Part shown: in pieces, positions 1 through 8,540 of the stretch
How positions within the stretch are numbered: the first letter of the stretch is position 1
Layout: every line of letters starts with the position of its first letter
Virus record (IMG/VR): IMGVR_UViG_3300045988_112819
Strand: one strand, 5' to 3'
DNA from: a virus
Length of the DNA: 64,000 nt
Notes under the pieces: generated by a model
The model's input: only the letters and a program-made list of their open reading frames with translations
Told to the model about the DNA's origin: nothing
Databases searched by the model: none
Position numbers and translations under genes: made by a program

Positions 1-175
1 CGGTATCAACAATCTTCTTACCATAGGCTTTTGCATATTCTGCATCGCTATAGTAGCGAACATCTCGATGATTCTTAGTATTTGGATGCTCTACAGTAAC
101 ATAATATTTACCATTTTTAATAAAAGGCTCTTCAGTAATGCGCTTATAGGACTGAAAACTAGGTGCAACAGGCAT
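1..175 (-). CDS. hypothetical protein, N-terminal part only (gene continues past the window start); begins MPVAPSFQSYKRITEEPF
   Basis: ATG at 175-173 preceded by AAGGAGG; open to position 1. Confidence 0.5.
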   Translation of the reverse strand, partial: MPVAPSFQSYKRITEEPFIKNGKYYVTVEHPNTKNHRDVRYYSDAEYAKAYGKKIVDT

Positions 176-188
176 AATTTAAACCTCC

Positions 189-410
189 TTAATGATTTTC
201 ACGAAGTTCATCAAGAGCGTTCTTGCTCAAGCTAATGCAGCCTTCGCAATCCCAAGGGATAATCTTTACAGAACATAAATCTTCCTCGCTGTAGTAATCA
301 GTTACATTTCTGAGAGCTTCAGCGAAATTGCTACCGTAGGTAATGCCCTGATAAGTCTCTACCTGATAGTCTTCAAACACTTCTACCTCGTATTCGTAGT
401 AATTCTTCAT
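189..410 (-). CDS. hypothetical small protein (73 aa)
   Basis: ORF track; AAAGGAG RBS 8 nt upstream. Confidence 0.6.
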   Translation of the reverse strand: MKNYYEYEVEVFEDYQVETYQGITYGSNFAEALRNVTDYYSEEDLCSVKIIPWDCEGCISLSKNALDELRENH

Positions 411-470
411 CTTTTGATACTCCTTTCCTCATCTTCTATAATTATTATATCATTATTTTTTAATTTTTGC

Positions 471-505
471 AAAAGAAAAAGAGCTTCCTTGAGGAAGCTC
501 TTTGC
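471..505. terminator. intrinsic terminator hairpin (gagcttcc/ggaagctc) flanked by A- and T-tracts
   Basis: 8-bp GC-containing stem, 4-nt loop, T-run. Confidence 0.55.
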
Positions 506-560
506 TAAGATATAGTAATTTTATATTAACTCCATAAATACTAAGAAGTCATATGTGATT

Positions 561-848
561 CTATCCCAAAAGGAAAAAATTATATCTTCCATATCTGATT
601 CTGTTAAAATTGCGTATTCCATTATGCTTCCTCCTTAATCTTGTAATCATAATCAAGATTTTTAGAAATTCACCAAAATCATATCCAGAGATAATTCTAC
701 CGAATTTTGCGATGAACTGAGTCTGCGCGAAAAGAATAGCAAGTCTATATGCCTCGTCCGCAATCATATACTCAGGAGTTTCTCTATCAATAGGGAAATG
801 GCTCTCGAAAGTTTTATTTTCGATAGAACAAGTAATAATAGCAGTCAT
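561..848 (-). CDS. hypothetical protein (95 aa)
   Basis: ORF track; AAAGGAAG RBS. Confidence 0.5.
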   Translation of the reverse strand: MTAIITCSIENKTFESHFPIDRETPEYMIADEAYRLAILFAQTQFIAKFGRIISGYDFGEFLKILIMITRLRRKHNGIRNFNRIRYGRYNFFLLG

Positions 849-974
849 GGCATTTACTTCCTTTCTTATTTTATATATTTATTATATATTATAATAAATA
901 TAATTGCAACAAGAGAAAAATAGAAGATGCGTGTGTAGGCGAGATTGGAAATTCTCCAATCTCGCCTATTAGGA

Positions 975-1838
975 TTACTTAGATGTGTCTCCAGTGAGGA
1001 AGCTAAAAGGATTAGAGTTGCCCATCATAGCAGAAAGCATAAACATTTTACCCATATCGTTTCCATTATTGCCATCATTATCGCCAAACACCATGCTTGC
1101 CATCATCATAGGCATGAGATTGCCAAAAGGCTGGTCAGGAGAAGGTGCAGTATTACCAAAGTTTACGATAGGCATAATCTTGGTAATAAAGTTAAAGCCA
1201 AAGGGATTAGAGGTGGGAATTACAGTTTTAACCTCAGACTCAAGGATATCAATGACTTCAATGTTACCTTCAGAAATTGACGAAACGAACATGGGGTGAT
1301 GCTTATGGATAATCATGTCGCCTTCCTTTACAGCAGAAGCCGCGACAGGCATACGATATACCATATTCTGGAAGGTGAAAGTAAAACCAGTCACATCAAT
1401 GGTCTGCTTAGAGGTAGGATTATAGGTAAAATATTCACCCTTAGAATTACGAATAGCCAAGCCATAAGGAGAAAAAGCTACCTCGTCCCCGCAAGGGCCG
1501 AAATCAATATTCATATTAAAAGAGGACTTATTGGGCTTAGGATTAGTAGTAGCAGAATTAGAGTCAGTATACATTGCCTTTGTCAACCTTTCTTTCATAA
1601 TACTTACAAAACCGTAAGTGACGGGAATGTCATAGTGAAAAGAGCCACTATTTAAGAGTAGAAAAATTTCTCCACAGCGAATTTTAGTTTCAACTTCAAA
1701 AGTTAATTCTGAGGAAGCTAATTTCTTTAATAGTCTCCACGAATCATACGGAATTTTATAATATCCTGTTTTGGAATTAACTTTTTCTGTATATTTGTCA
1801 AGAATTGGGTCAATATCTTTAGAGCTAAGGCGATACAT
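975..1838 (-). CDS. hypothetical protein (287 aa)
   Basis: ORF track; no TAG. Confidence 0.6.
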   Translation of the reverse strand: MYRLSSKDIDPILDKYTEKVNSKTGYYKIPYDSWRLLKKLASSELTFEVETKIRCGEIFLLLNSGSFHYDIPVTYGFVSIMKERLTKAMYTDSNSATTNPKPNKSSFNMNIDFGPCGDEVAFSPYGLAIRNSKGEYFTYNPTSKQTIDVTGFTFTFQNMVYRMPVAASAVKEGDMIIHKHHPMFVSSISEGNIEVIDILESEVKTVIPTSNPFGFNFITKIMPIVNFGNTAPSPDQPFGNLMPMMMASMVFGDNDGNNGNDMGKMFMLSAMMGNSNPFSFLTGDTSK

Positions 1839-1840
1839 AA

Positions 1841-2377
1841 TTATACCTTCAATCTCTTGTTAAGTTCAGCAATTAGCTCCTCATTAGTAAAGTCACTAAG
1901 AGACTTCTCATTTTTATCAAGAATGAAAGCCGGCGCGAGCCCGCGGCCGTAGTTGTAGTAGGTGTAGTACGCAGACCCATCGCCGTTGACAGAGCAAACG
2001 CGGTTCGAGGCCCAATTATCTTTCTCAGGAGATCCCCAAGGGGTAACAAGCCAGAACCAATTCTTGATATGAGGAGTTAGAATATGATTATACTTGCGAT
2101 ATTCGTCGAAGGTAAGGGGTGCAACAGCGGTATTTAGCGAACCATATCCTTTATATCCATCCATTGCGGTCAGGTCGACATCGCGCGGAATAGCCTTGAT
2201 GCCAGTTTTCTTAAGCCAAGCCTCAGCGCCCTTCCGCAATGTACTCTCTTTATAGTTATTAGAATTTCCAAAAACAAAATCAATTCCTACTTCAAGTGCA
2301 ATTACGAAGGGGTTACCATCAATTTCGTCAAGAACAAGGCACTTTACTCCATTTACAGTAATAGTCTTTCCAATCAT
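1841..2377 (-). CDS. second DGR target: C-type-lectin/FGE-like (DUF1566-like) protein carrying variable repeat VR2 at its C-terminus (...NGDGSAYYTYYNYGRGLAPAF)
   Basis: Start MIGKTITV at 2377 with AAAGGAAG RBS (ORF track begins at an upstream ATG, 2443); C-terminal 82 bp aligns gaplessly to the TR with all 17 mismatches at TR adenines. Confidence 0.6.
   Translation of the reverse strand: MIGKTITVNGVKCLVLDEIDGNPFVIALEVGIDFVFGNSNNYKESTLRKGAEAWLKKTGIKAIPRDVDLTAMDGYKGYGSLNTAVAPLTFDEYRKYNHILTPHIKNWFWLVTPWGSPEKDNWASNRVCSVNGDGSAYYTYYNYGRGLAPAFILDKNEKSLSDFTNEELIAELNKRLKV
1930..2011 (-). repeat. DGR variable repeat 2 (VR2), remote from the cassette
   Basis: Shares the GC-rich ccggcgcgagcccg end with TR/VR1; 17 of 17 differences from TR fall where TR has adenine on the coding strand. 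Confidence 0.7.
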
Positions 2378-2393
2378 ATTTCTCTTCCTTTCT

Positions 2394-2585
2394 TTAATTA
2401 GAATACTCTTCAACCATTTGAGAAAGCATATCAATTTCATCATCTGTTATGTTATCAAAAAAGATACCGTATTTTGCGCAGATTTGAGCTTGCTGAGATG
2501 GATCGTTCATAGTACATGGCTTTGAAGCTAATTCTCGAGCAGCCAGTTCAAAAGCGCCAGTGTATGCGAGAAATGACATATCCAT
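2394..2585 (-). CDS. hypothetical small protein (63 aa)
   Basis: ORF track. Confidence 0.5.
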   Translation of the reverse strand: MDMSFLAYTGAFELAARELASKPCTMNDPSQQAQICAKYGIFFDNITDDEIDMLSQMVEEYSN

Positions 2586-2588
2586 ATT

Positions 2589-3023
2589 TTACACCTCCTC
2601 TATAGAATCAAATTCATGAATTAAGATTGTTCCATCACTGATTTTTTCTGCGCAAACAATGTGTTTAATTTCATATTTATTTTCATCGGGACAGTAAACA
2701 ATATGTCCACTTTTTAGCAAGGAAAGAAAGTCACTTTGATAGTAAGTACGACCTCCGAACTCGTTGCAAATTTTAAGGCGAATTTTATATCCTTCATCAA
2801 CAGAATAGAGATCTCTTACATTATTATCTACTTCGCATAACCGCCAAGTTGGGTCTCCATTATTAATGCTGACTCCAAGAACCGGAATAGGACTATAAGT
2901 TTCTTGAATAGCGAAGAATTTAGCTCTTTTGAGTTGGTCTGTATCAGAAAAGCCGAGGAACTCGCAGATTCTTACAGTGGAGTTCTTATATCCTTCTGAT
3001 TTAATCAGTTCACTAATCTTCAT
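2589..3023 (-). CDS. hypothetical protein (144 aa)
   Basis: ORF track. Confidence 0.6.
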   Translation of the reverse strand: MKISELIKSEGYKNSTVRICEFLGFSDTDQLKRAKFFAIQETYSPIPVLGVSINNGDPTWRLCEVDNNVRDLYSVDEGYKIRLKICNEFGGRTYYQSDFLSLLKSGHIVYCPDENKYEIKHIVCAEKISDGTILIHEFDSIEEV

Positions 3024-3070
3024 AACTTTTACTTCCTTTCCTTAACTTTCTATATATATTATATAATAAT

Positions 3071-3116
3071 TTTATAAAAAAATAAAGACGCTCTTTTAAG
3101 AGCGTCTTTATTTTAC
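3071..3116. terminator. bidirectional intrinsic terminator (aaagacgctc/gagcgtcttt)
   Basis: 10-bp stem flanked by A-run and T-run, immediately downstream of 3113..3625. Confidence 0.7.
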
Positions 3117-3625
3117 TCAAGGTCGATTACATAATTCTCTTGGATAAATGAATCTTCTGGAATATAGATGGTATACTCGGTAGACCATGGCCCAAGCAGG
3201 AAATTCAAAACTGGGTTTTTAAAACGGATTTTGTTTTCTTCTATGTATGGGGCATCATCTGTATTCTTAATATAGGACTGATCTGCCTCAATAGATTTGG
3301 CGGTTATACCTTTATCTGTTTGATACAGGAATGAGTAATAGAGCCCATCTTCTGTATAATAACGGCCTACGTAAGAACTAAAATTATCACTCAAAGCAGT
3401 AATAGAATATGTTTGAGTGGTTTTTGCAGAATAAGTTGCAGGTTCAATAAAAATAACAATACCACAAATTATAATCGCAAATAAGAAAGCGATAAACGCT
3501 GAAAGTACAACTCCGAGAATTGTAGAGAATAGATATTCTGCAAAAGAGTCACAGTCTTTATATAATACTATAAGCGATGTAACCATGAGTAATATAAAGA
3601 ATCCAATAGCTAATGGCATGAGCAA
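3113..3625 (-). CDS. membrane protein with N-terminal transmembrane helices (170 aa)
   Basis: ORF track; hydrophobic segments; AAGAGG RBS. Confidence 0.6.
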   Translation of the reverse strand: MLMPLAIGFFILLMVTSLIVLYKDCDSFAEYLFSTILGVVLSAFIAFLFAIIICGIVIFIEPATYSAKTTQTYSITALSDNFSSYVGRYYTEDGLYYSFLYQTDKGITAKSIEADQSYIKNTDDAPYIEENKIRFKNPVLNFLLGPWSTEYTIYIPEDSFIQENYVIDLE

Positions 3626-3859
3626 AACCTCTTTTCTTATTTATATAAATATATTACCATATTTTATTAAGATACGCAAGTAAATCTTATGGATTATAAC
3701 GAACCGTCATAATTTCTCACGGATGCGGGAATTTTTAGGCAGAGAAATTGGCAATCCCGCGATTTTAAAAACGATCGGAATATCCAAAAGAGGTAAAAAA
3801 TTGAGGTAAAATTTCATATGTACGTAGAGGAAGTATATCATGATTTTGAGAAAAATATT

Positions 3860-3910
3860 TAATTATTGGGTAAAGTTAATTTGTTTTTACCCTTTATTTT
3901 TTATATAATA
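3860..3910 (+). promoter_or_regulatory. candidate promoter (TATATAAT -10) ahead of the 3928 gene, divergent from the 3625 gene
   Basis: AT-rich, TATAAT at 3904-3909, weak -35. Confidence 0.3.
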
Positions 3911-3927
3911 TAAGGAGGTGATAGAAG

Positions 3928-4566
3928 ATGAAAGGAAATATATCAAAAAGATTTCCTGCTAATGTAACTCTTGATACCTAGACTTTTTTAAATGACAAAA
4001 AGATTGATGGAGAATTATATGCGTTATTTTAGGAATTATCATATGTAGATAAAAATGGATAGACAGTGGTTTCAAAAGATGATGTTCCTTCATAGAGTAG
4101 TCTATGTGAGAAACTTGGTATAAAAACTCCAAAGACTTATCGAGCGCACAGAGATTATCTTATAGCTTAGGGTTATATAATTGATGATGAAGAAAATAGG
4201 TAGTATATTCTTCCTATGAAAGAAGATATTTTCTTTATGATTCCATTGTAGACTTTGAGATTTATAAATGATACTTTGAAGGAATAGGTAATCAAGGTTT
4301 ACACATATTTAGGGCAAAGATGGAAATATAAAGAATCTTTAGGCACGGATGAAAAATATAGTTTTACTCTTAAGGAGATCGGTGAACATATAGGATTAAA
4401 AACGGAAGGAAGTTCAAGAAATTCTTAGATTGTGACAAATGCGCTACTGTGTTTGTCAAAGCTTGGTCTTATTGAGTATGAAAATTATTATGATTAGAGT
4501 AATGGTAAACCTGTTCCTCGTATGAGATTAATCTAGTTTAATTTAACTATTGAGCTGAATGGGTAA
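3928..4566 (+). CDS. winged-helix DNA-binding / replication-initiator-like protein (212 aa), 9 in-frame TAG read as sense, TAA stop
   Basis: AAGGAGGTG RBS; continuous only with TAG as sense; HTH-like segment FTLKEIGEHIGLK; followed by iteron-like repeats. Confidence 0.5.
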
Positions 4567-4608
4567 TTTTATCTATCTACGAAAGGGTAATTTTATCTAT
4601 TTACGAGA
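4561..4608. repeat. tandem 24-bp direct repeat x2 (gggtaattttatctatctacgaaa), iteron-like
   Basis: two adjacent near-identical copies at the 3' end of the initiator-like gene. Confidence 0.6.
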
Positions 4609-4660
4609 GGTAAAAAATCATATTATATCTAAATAATATACTAAATAATTTATCTAAGGG

Positions 4661-4704
4661 GACTTCGATATTTCTTCGAGCTTCGCTCTCAGAATATCGA
4701 AGTC
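4661..4704 (+). promoter_or_regulatory. 12-bp perfect inverted repeat (gacttcgatatt / aatatcgaagtc) between the two plus-strand genes
   Basis: seen directly; 20-nt loop. Confidence 0.4.
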
Positions 4705-4739
4705 TCATGTGCCCGCGATTATGATGGAGGATAAAAAAT

Positions 4740-4988
4740 ATGGAAGTATTTAAACCGATTAAGGTAGAAAATTATCAATTCATGAAAAATGGATTAAATT
4801 AGTATGAACCAGTACTGGTTTACTTTAAAGATGATGAAGAAGAAGGTAAGGTATATTTTGTAAAGAATAAATTTGATGATAAGTTAGAAGAATGGATGGA
4901 AGAGAATTTAAAGGTAGAAGGAAGAAGTAGAGTTATAGTAGATAAGTATAGATATCTTTACTCAAGATTTAGAGGATTCTATAGCTAA
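4740..4988 (+). CDS. hypothetical small protein (82 aa), 1 in-frame TAG; possible +1 continuation into a coiled-coil ORF to 5130
   Basis: GGAGG RBS; the downstream frame is open 4912-5130 without a start codon. Confidence 0.4.
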
Positions 4989-5295
4989 GCTAACCGCAGG
5001 AATAACCGATTTAGAAAAACGAATTGAAAAGTTAGAAGAAGGTTTTAGAAAAATCGAATCGAAAAATCGAGGTAAAAGTGGAGAGATGTACGATTTAATG
5101 GAGAAGATAAGATAGATAAACTCTTTGTAAAAGAAGGAATATAGTTATATAGAATAAGAGAAAGAGATAAAATTATAGAAGATTGAAGAAAACTGTGGAA
5201 ATAGTGGGGTTGGGTGCCGATCGGGTCTAGGTACGAACCATCACAACACTCGTCACAACGATCGTAAACCTAGCCTTCCGCGATTATAATATATA

Positions 5296-5340
5296 TAAAA
5301 AAGGAGAGAAGCTACAATACTTCTCTCTCCTTTAATCTTT
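5296..5340. terminator. bidirectional terminator (aggagagaag ... cttctctctcct)
   Basis: imperfect hairpin flanked by A-run and T-run between convergent genes. Confidence 0.55.
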
Positions 5341-5349
5341 TTCCTCTTG

Positions 5350-5805
5350 TTACTTTAAATGCTTCAAAAACTCCATAATACTATCTTCATCAGACTTAGT
5401 ATTACCCTTAACCTGAGGCACACTCTTTGCGAGAGCATCAGAAATAGAGTCAACAGCAATGTCAATTACTTCATCAAGACTCTCTGCATTAACAACTTTA
5501 GCAGAAGTCTTAGCAGTTACAATCATAGCCTGCATAAACTGCTTAATATCATTTGCTGTCCACTTAGGATTGCTCTTGCTATAAACCAATGCAGCCACAC
5601 GACCAACGTCATCCTCAGTGAGAGACAAATCATCAACATTTTCATAGAAAGTAGACTCAATCTCATCCAGAAGAATATCTCGTTCACGGTCTGCGGCGTT
5701 AGCCTCGGAGATTCTATTCATAGCATCAGTAAATGCCTTTGCAATCTCCTCCTGAGTGGAACCATTCTGCATTGCATCACGAATCATAATCTCATAACTA
5801 TTCAT
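5350..5805 (-). CDS. hypothetical acidic protein (151 aa)
   Basis: ORF track; flanked by ccgatcgggtctag direct repeats at 5217 and 5911. Confidence 0.6.
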   Translation of the reverse strand: MNSYEIMIRDAMQNGSTQEEIAKAFTDAMNRISEANAADRERDILLDEIESTFYENVDDLSLTEDDVGRVAALVYSKSNPKWTANDIKQFMQAMIVTAKTSAKVVNAESLDEVIDIAVDSISDALAKSVPQVKGNTKSDEDSIMEFLKHLK

Positions 5806-6335
5806 AATAAGTTCTTTTAGTTAGAAAAAGCGTTATGATGCTTCTTAAACTAAAATCCTCCTTTTCTTTATCTTATATATATTATATTATATTTTTTATA
5901 TATTGTCGAACCGATCGGGTCTAGATAAAAAGATCGCTTTAACGGAATCCCGCGGAAAAGATTTTTCCTTTTCAAATAGTTAGCAACATCTTTGCTATTG
6001 TTTGCTGTATCTTTAATAGTTTTAATTCTGTGAATATCAAGAAATTTTGAGAAAAACGAGGCATTTTTTGCTTATTTTTAAGTAAATTTGTTAGAAAAAC
6101 GCGCATTTTTGCAAGATTTTAGAGGTTTTTTGTTATATTTTGCGATAATAAGAGGTAAAAGATCGCGGGCCGATCGGTTTATCTAGCTAAAATCTCTATT
6201 TTTGAGCTATTTTTATCATAAAATTGTGTTAAACCGATCGGTTTCGCGAAAGAAATCTCTGGTCGTATTTGTTTTTCATAGCTATATCTTTGCTATTGTT
6301 AGTTGTATTTTAGAAAGTTTTGGTACTGTGAATAC

Positions 6336-6363
6336 TTGACAATTTTAAGATTTTTATTATAAA
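6336..6363 (+). promoter_or_regulatory. sigma-70-type promoter (TTGACA-16-TATAAA) inside the repeat region
   Basis: consensus -35 at 6336-6341. Confidence 0.45.
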
Positions 6364-6456
6364 AAATTGGACGAGAGAGCCAATATTGCTGGACCGATCG
6401 GAGCTAGATAAAGAAAGAAGTAAAGTAGGGCCGATCGGTGTTTGGAAGAGGGCGTT

Positions 6457-6591
6457 ATGAATTTTGGGAAAATCGCTATGAAGTTGCGTTATGGCCAAGT
6501 TGCTATGAAAATTTTGCGCTATGGTCCGATCGGGAAAACTCGGGCCGAGTCGCCCGCGACCGGCCCGTCGAGTTTAGGAAATATAAAATAA
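6457..6591 (+). CDS. possible small ORF (44 aa, internally repetitive IAMKLRYGQVAMKILRYG) overlapping the CCGATCGG sites
   Basis: GAGGG RBS 4 nt upstream; could equally be a non-coding transcript. Confidence 0.2.
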   Translation: MNFGKIAMKLRYGQVAMKILRYGPIGKTRAESPATGPSSLGNIK

Positions 6592-6619
6592 AAAGAGAGG
6601 CCAAAGCCTCTCTTTTCTT
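6584..6619. terminator. bidirectional terminator (agagaggc caaa gcctctct)
   Basis: 8-bp stem, A-run and T-run. Confidence 0.65.
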
Positions 6620-6869
6620 AATCCTCGTTTTCTAAATTGATTTCTCCTATACAGTTACACCGTATCGGAGATTCAAAAACAAATTCATCTCCATATCCAA
6701 CGATAGTTATTTCTCCATACTTTTTACAATACTCGTCTATCTTTTCGATTAGACTATTCCAATCTTTCTCTTGCGCTTTTTGTTTTCTAAGTGCCACTTC
6801 TTTATAGGCGGTAGCACTCAACCATTGCAACTCCTCATCATTCAGTTTGTCGAAATCAATATCAACCAT
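6618..6869 (-). CDS. hypothetical protein (83 aa)
   Basis: ORF track; AAAGGAG RBS. Confidence 0.65.
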   Translation of the reverse strand: MVDIDFDKLNDEELQWLSATAYKEVALRKQKAQEKDWNSLIEKIDEYCKKYGEITIVGYGDEFVFESPIRCNCIGEINLENED

Positions 6870-6886
6870 CTAAAAATCTCCTTTCT

Positions 6887-7339
6887 TTAATGAAAAATCT
6901 CAGCCGGAATTTCACTAAAAACTTGCTTAAATTGCTCCATAGTCAGTTCTCTTGCCGCTCTCTCAACCCTTTCTTTTGCCCAGTCGCAAACCATTTCGCA
7001 GGAAATAAATTTAATTTCATACCCAGTAATGGCGTAGATTTTAGGCGACCACTCAAATCTTTTTGTATCAGCCATATTTCCAGTTAAAATCATATATTCG
7101 CCGGTGGCTTGATTTTCTTCTGACTGTTCAACCCAACATTGAACTATATTTTCAACATAGTTTTTTCCAGTTTTAACCGCTTCTTTTTCGGTTCGAGCAT
7201 TGATTAAAAAGGTAGAAAGCATAATATCATCACGAAATGATACCGTAAATTTATAAGGCTTCTTAGAGAAGATGCCCTTGCGACCTTCACACCAAAAGGT
7301 AACTTGAAAATTAACACGAAATTGTTTTAAGCTTTCCAT
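6887..7339 (-). CDS. hypothetical protein (150 aa)
   Basis: ORF track; AGGAG RBS. Confidence 0.65.
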   Translation of the reverse strand: MESLKQFRVNFQVTFWCEGRKGIFSKKPYKFTVSFRDDIMLSTFLINARTEKEAVKTGKNYVENIVQCWVEQSEENQATGEYMILTGNMADTKRFEWSPKIYAITGYEIKFISCEMVCDWAKERVERAARELTMEQFKQVFSEIPAEIFH

Positions 7340-7344
7340 TTCTT

Positions 7345-7485
7345 TTATCTCCTGTAATAATCTTCAATATAAAATTTCATTTCTTTTTCTGTACTTTGTC
7401 CTAATACCGAATAAATAGTGGAAATGTCAAGGCAAGTTCTTTTAATTAAGAAACGAATGATAGAGTTTTTAAGTTTATTCATCAT
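7345..7485 (-). CDS. hypothetical small protein (46 aa)
   Basis: AGGGAGG RBS 7 nt upstream of ATG; below the ORF-track size cutoff. Confidence 0.4.
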   Translation of the reverse strand: MMNKLKNSIIRFLIKRTCLDISTIYSVLGQSTEKEMKFYIEDYYRR

Positions 7486-7511
7486 TTCTTTTACCTCCCT
7501 TCCATGGTTAA

Positions 7512-7540
7512 ATGATACCACATTTTCGGGAGAAAGTCAA
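7512..7540 (-). promoter_or_regulatory. sigma-A promoter TTGACT-17-TATCAT (second TTGACA at 7544-7549)
   Basis: consensus hexamers, exact 17-bp spacer. Confidence 0.6.
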
Positions 7541-7642
7541 GCTGTCAAGTTGCACAAATTTTCAATTCAAAATTGTTGAAAATGACAATAGAAGAAAAAT
7601 TCGGACCGCGGCGCACGCTGGCGGTCCGCTCAAAATTTTGCA

Positions 7643-7676
7643 TAAAAAAAATCTCCCCATAAGGGGAGATTTTTCT
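7643..7676. terminator. intrinsic terminator (atctcccc ataa ggggagat) with A8 / T-run
   Basis: seen directly. Confidence 0.7.
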
Positions 7677-8039
7677 TTAGTTGAGAATTATTGGATATGC
7701 CTTGCGAATAACCACCGTAACCATGGCCGGGGGAGTGTCGCACAAGAAACGGTCATTTCTGATAAAACGACCAATTCCCATATTCTGCCACAAAGTCCGG
7801 TTTACATCCTCGTATCGTAGGGTATTATACTTGGAAAGTTTGATATACCAATCATAGATAAAGGAACCATCTTCCGGCATGGTGTAATCTGGAACCCGCT
7901 TATAATTTCTCGTATGTTCTGCGGCTCTGCGCTCAAGATCATTTGTCGTGCCAATCTTGAGAATATAGCGCCCCTTTTTGTCGATATAATGTCCGACATA
8001 TAGAAACTCTTTTCCCCTTGTCTGTAAACTAACTATAAC
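7677..8039 (-). pseudogene. GIY-YIG nuclease gene without an in-frame start (VGHYIDKKGRYILKIGTTNDLERRAAEH...); the ATG and RBS at 7999 are in the -1 frame, so probably a 1-nt indel at the tcgg(g)aca run or a programmed shift
   Basis: clear GIY-YIG motif in a frame open 8039-7677; ORF track splits it into two overlapping ORFs. Confidence 0.5.
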
Positions 8040-8083
8040 TTACCTCTTTTCTGGTAGGGCCGGGGTAGGCCGACCCTACCACG

Positions 8084-8497
8084 TTATTTCTTCGGTTTAC
8101 GCTTTTGCACAAGCGTCAACTCGAAACTATCCCCACCAATAGAAAACGCAATCTGTCTTTCCTTGTTAGTAATAGACAAGTCAGCGATAGAGAATTGACT
8201 GTTTTTTTCCAAAAACTCTGCCAATTCCGCGATTATACCGCCTTTCGTGGCGTTTGGCTTGCGTTGCCGGGGCGTAAACTTATATGCCGTTGGAGCCTTT
8301 CTCGTCCCCGCATGGGCAAACTTTTGGGCAATTTTTGCCTTATCTGGCGGTAAATCGTATTCAGTCTTTTTATCAGCCTCTACCGCTTTATCATAGGCCA
8401 ATAACTCCGCCTCCTGTTCCGGCGTTAATTGTAGGGCTTTATACCTTGCAATCCGTTCAGCGTCACTAATGCGACTGGATATAATATCACCCCCCAT
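8084..8497 (-). CDS. hypothetical basic protein (about 137 aa; alternative GTG start at 8524 inside the hairpin)
   Basis: ORF track. Confidence 0.55.
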   Translation of the reverse strand: MGGDIISSRISDAERIARYKALQLTPEQEAELLAYDKAVEADKKTEYDLPPDKAKIAQKFAHAGTRKAPTAYKFTPRQRKPNATKGGIIAELAEFLEKNSQFSIADLSITNKERQIAFSIGGDSFELTLVQKRKPKK

Positions 8498-8508
8498 ATT
8501 ATAAGTTA

Positions 8509-8531
8509 GGGCGGGGATTTTCACCCCGCCC
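8509..8531. repeat. hairpin GGGCGGGGATTTTCACCCCGCCC, copy 1 (identical copy at 11149-11173), directly upstream of a gene start
   Basis: exact repeat of a GC-rich stem-loop. Confidence 0.6.
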
Positions 8532-8540
8532 TATACGGGG

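Larger units (their letters stand above)
5217..6533. repeat. array of 7 CCGATCGG palindromes (5217, 5911, 6170, 6234, 6394, 6431, 6526), often followed by CTAG, plus two ~75-bp imperfect direct repeats (5979-6055, 6275-6352); candidate origin / partition site
   Basis: seen directly; largest non-coding block in the window; GC-rich near-palindrome at 6541-6567. Confidence 0.5.

Noticed and set aside
945-1655. Plus-strand ORFs 945..1280, 985..1299 and 1296..1655
   Set aside because: They are antisense to the well-supported 287-aa minus gene 975..1838. Their composition is low-complexity.
5217-6533. CCGATCGG repeats as a CRISPR array
   Set aside because: They are 8-bp palindromes at irregular spacing of 30-700 bp. 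There are no unique spacers and no cas genes.
8105-8469. Plus-strand ORFs 8105..8353 and 8284..8469
   Set aside because: They are antisense to the minus gene 8084..8497 and have no RBS.
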